Shown here: positions 63,316-64,000 of the stretch, one piece after another
Position numbering within the stretch: position 1 is the first letter of the stretch
Layout of the letters: each line of letters begins with the position of its first letter
From: Mobula hypostoma
Lineage: Eukaryota
NCBI RefSeq assembly: GCF_963921235.1
Contig: NC_086097.1
Location: 66,156,001-66,220,000 of the forward strand
DNA: 64,000 nucleotides
Direction of reading: 5' to 3'
Notes under the pieces: model-generated
Database searches by the model: none
What the model was told of the DNA's origin: nothing
The model's input: only the letters and a program-made list of their open reading frames with translations
Position numbers and translations under genes: made by a program

Positions 63316-64000
63316 CTAGAGGCGAGGCGAGGCTGGAGGCTGGAGACTAGAGGCGAGGCTGGAGGCTGGAGACCCGGGGCGGGGCGAGGCTGGAGGCTGG
63401 AGGCTGGAGACCAGAGGCGACACGAGGCTGGAGGCTGGAGACAAGAAGCAAGGCTGGAGGCTGGAGACCCAGGGCGGGGCGAGGCTGGAGGCTGGAGACT
63501 AGAGGCGAGGCGAGGCTGGAGACTGGAGACTTGAGGCGAGGCGAGGCTGGAGTCTGGTGACTGGAGGCAGGGCGAGCCTGGAGACTAGAGGCGAGGCGAG
63601 GCGAGGCTGTAGACTAGAGACGAGGCGAGGCTGGAGACTAGAGACGAGGCGAGGCTGGAGACTAGAGACTAGAGGATTGGCGACGCTGGTGATGCGAGAC
63701 GAGTCGAGGCTGGAGAATAGGGGCAGGGCAAGGCGAGGCTGGAGGGTGGAGACGAGGGACGAGGCGAGGCTGGAGGCTGGAGACTAGAGGCGAGGCGAGG
63801 CTGGAGGCTGGAGACTAGAGGTGGGGCGAGTCTGGAGACAAGAGACTGGAGACCCGAGGCGAGGCTGGAGACTAGAGGAGAGGCGAGGCTGGAGACGCGA
63901 GACAAGTCGAGGCGAGAGTGGAGGCTGGAGACTAGTGGCGAGGCGAGGCTGGAGACTGGAGGCGAGGCGAGGCTGGAGACTGGAGGCGAGGCTGGAGACT

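Larger units (their letters stand above)
26277..64000 (+). repeat. Same satellite family, right contig (more homogeneous; 31-bp consensus dominant)
   Basis: Same words and orientation as the left contig, with long runs of perfect CTAGGGGCGAGGCGAGGCTGGAGGCTGGAGA. Confidence 0.98.

Noticed and set aside
370..63480. CpG island or promoter with Sp1 GC boxes (GGGGCGGGG)
   Set aside because: High GC, CpG and GC boxes follow from the repeat unit and the GGCGA>GGCGG variant. There is no associated gene or unique promoter context.
306..63905. All short ORFs in the track (ETRGEARL, GWRL and LASPLVSS-type repeats; longest 254 aa at 4113-4877 on the minus strand)
   Set aside because: They are the frames of the 24-bp unit. 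The 5- and 7-bp word indels shift frame constantly, and the CTAG palindrome supplies stops on both strands. There is no frame preservation, no unique domain and no signal peptide, so this is not a mucin-like or silk-like coding VNTR.
1..64000. CRISPR array (repeat length of 24-31 bp is in range)
   Set aside because: There are no unique spacers, no leader and no cas genes; the units abut directly.
1..64000. Telomeric or telomere-variant repeat (CTAGGG in many units, occasional TTAGGG at ~31535, ~34107 and ~60359)
   Set aside because: The hexamer is never tandem and occurs at most once per unit. The TTAGGG instances are point variants.
1..64000. Immunoglobulin class-switch region (G-rich, pentamer-like repeats)
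   Set aside because: Switch regions are rich in AGCT/GAGCT motifs, typically up to about 10 kb long, and flanked by I-exons and constant genes. Here AGCT is uncommon, the array exceeds 60 kb, and no flanking exons are visible.
1..64000. Alu/SINE-derived sequence (AGGCTGGAG resembles an Alu segment)
   Set aside because: Only a ~9-bp match. There is no A-rich linker or tail, no Pol III A/B boxes and no other Alu sequence.
1..64000. Assignment as centromeric, subtelomeric or germline-eliminated DNA
   Set aside because: All are plausible for a large satellite, but nothing in this window distinguishes them. Chromosome position, CENP-A data or germline-versus-soma coverage would be needed.

Overview
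The whole 64 kb window is one G-rich satellite/minisatellite array in a single orientation. It is interrupted only by a 200-N scaffold gap at 26077-26276. I see no credible genes, RNA genes, mobile elements or CRISPR arrays; the listed ORFs are translations of the repeat. The commonest unit is the 31-mer CTAGGGGCGAGGCGAGGCTGGAGGCTGGAGA (17 G, 6 A, 5 C, 3 T). Nearly all of the array parses into 7-bp words (GGCTGGA, GACTAG[G/A/T], GACGCGA, GAGTGGA) and 5-bp words (GGCGA and variants), giving units of 19, 24, 26 or 31 bp. Above that level are recurring ordered variant cassettes and kb-scale segmental duplications with offsets of about 0.75, 1.2, 1.8, 3.8, 4.5, 5.4 and 9.9 kb. The two sides of the gap carry different diagnostic variants, and the right side is more homogenised. 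The pattern suggests heterochromatic satellite DNA from a CpG-methylating eukaryote (inference). I cannot name the satellite family or organism, and I found no evidence of a new protein-coding system. All counts and offsets were read by eye or taken from the ORF track, so they are approximate.
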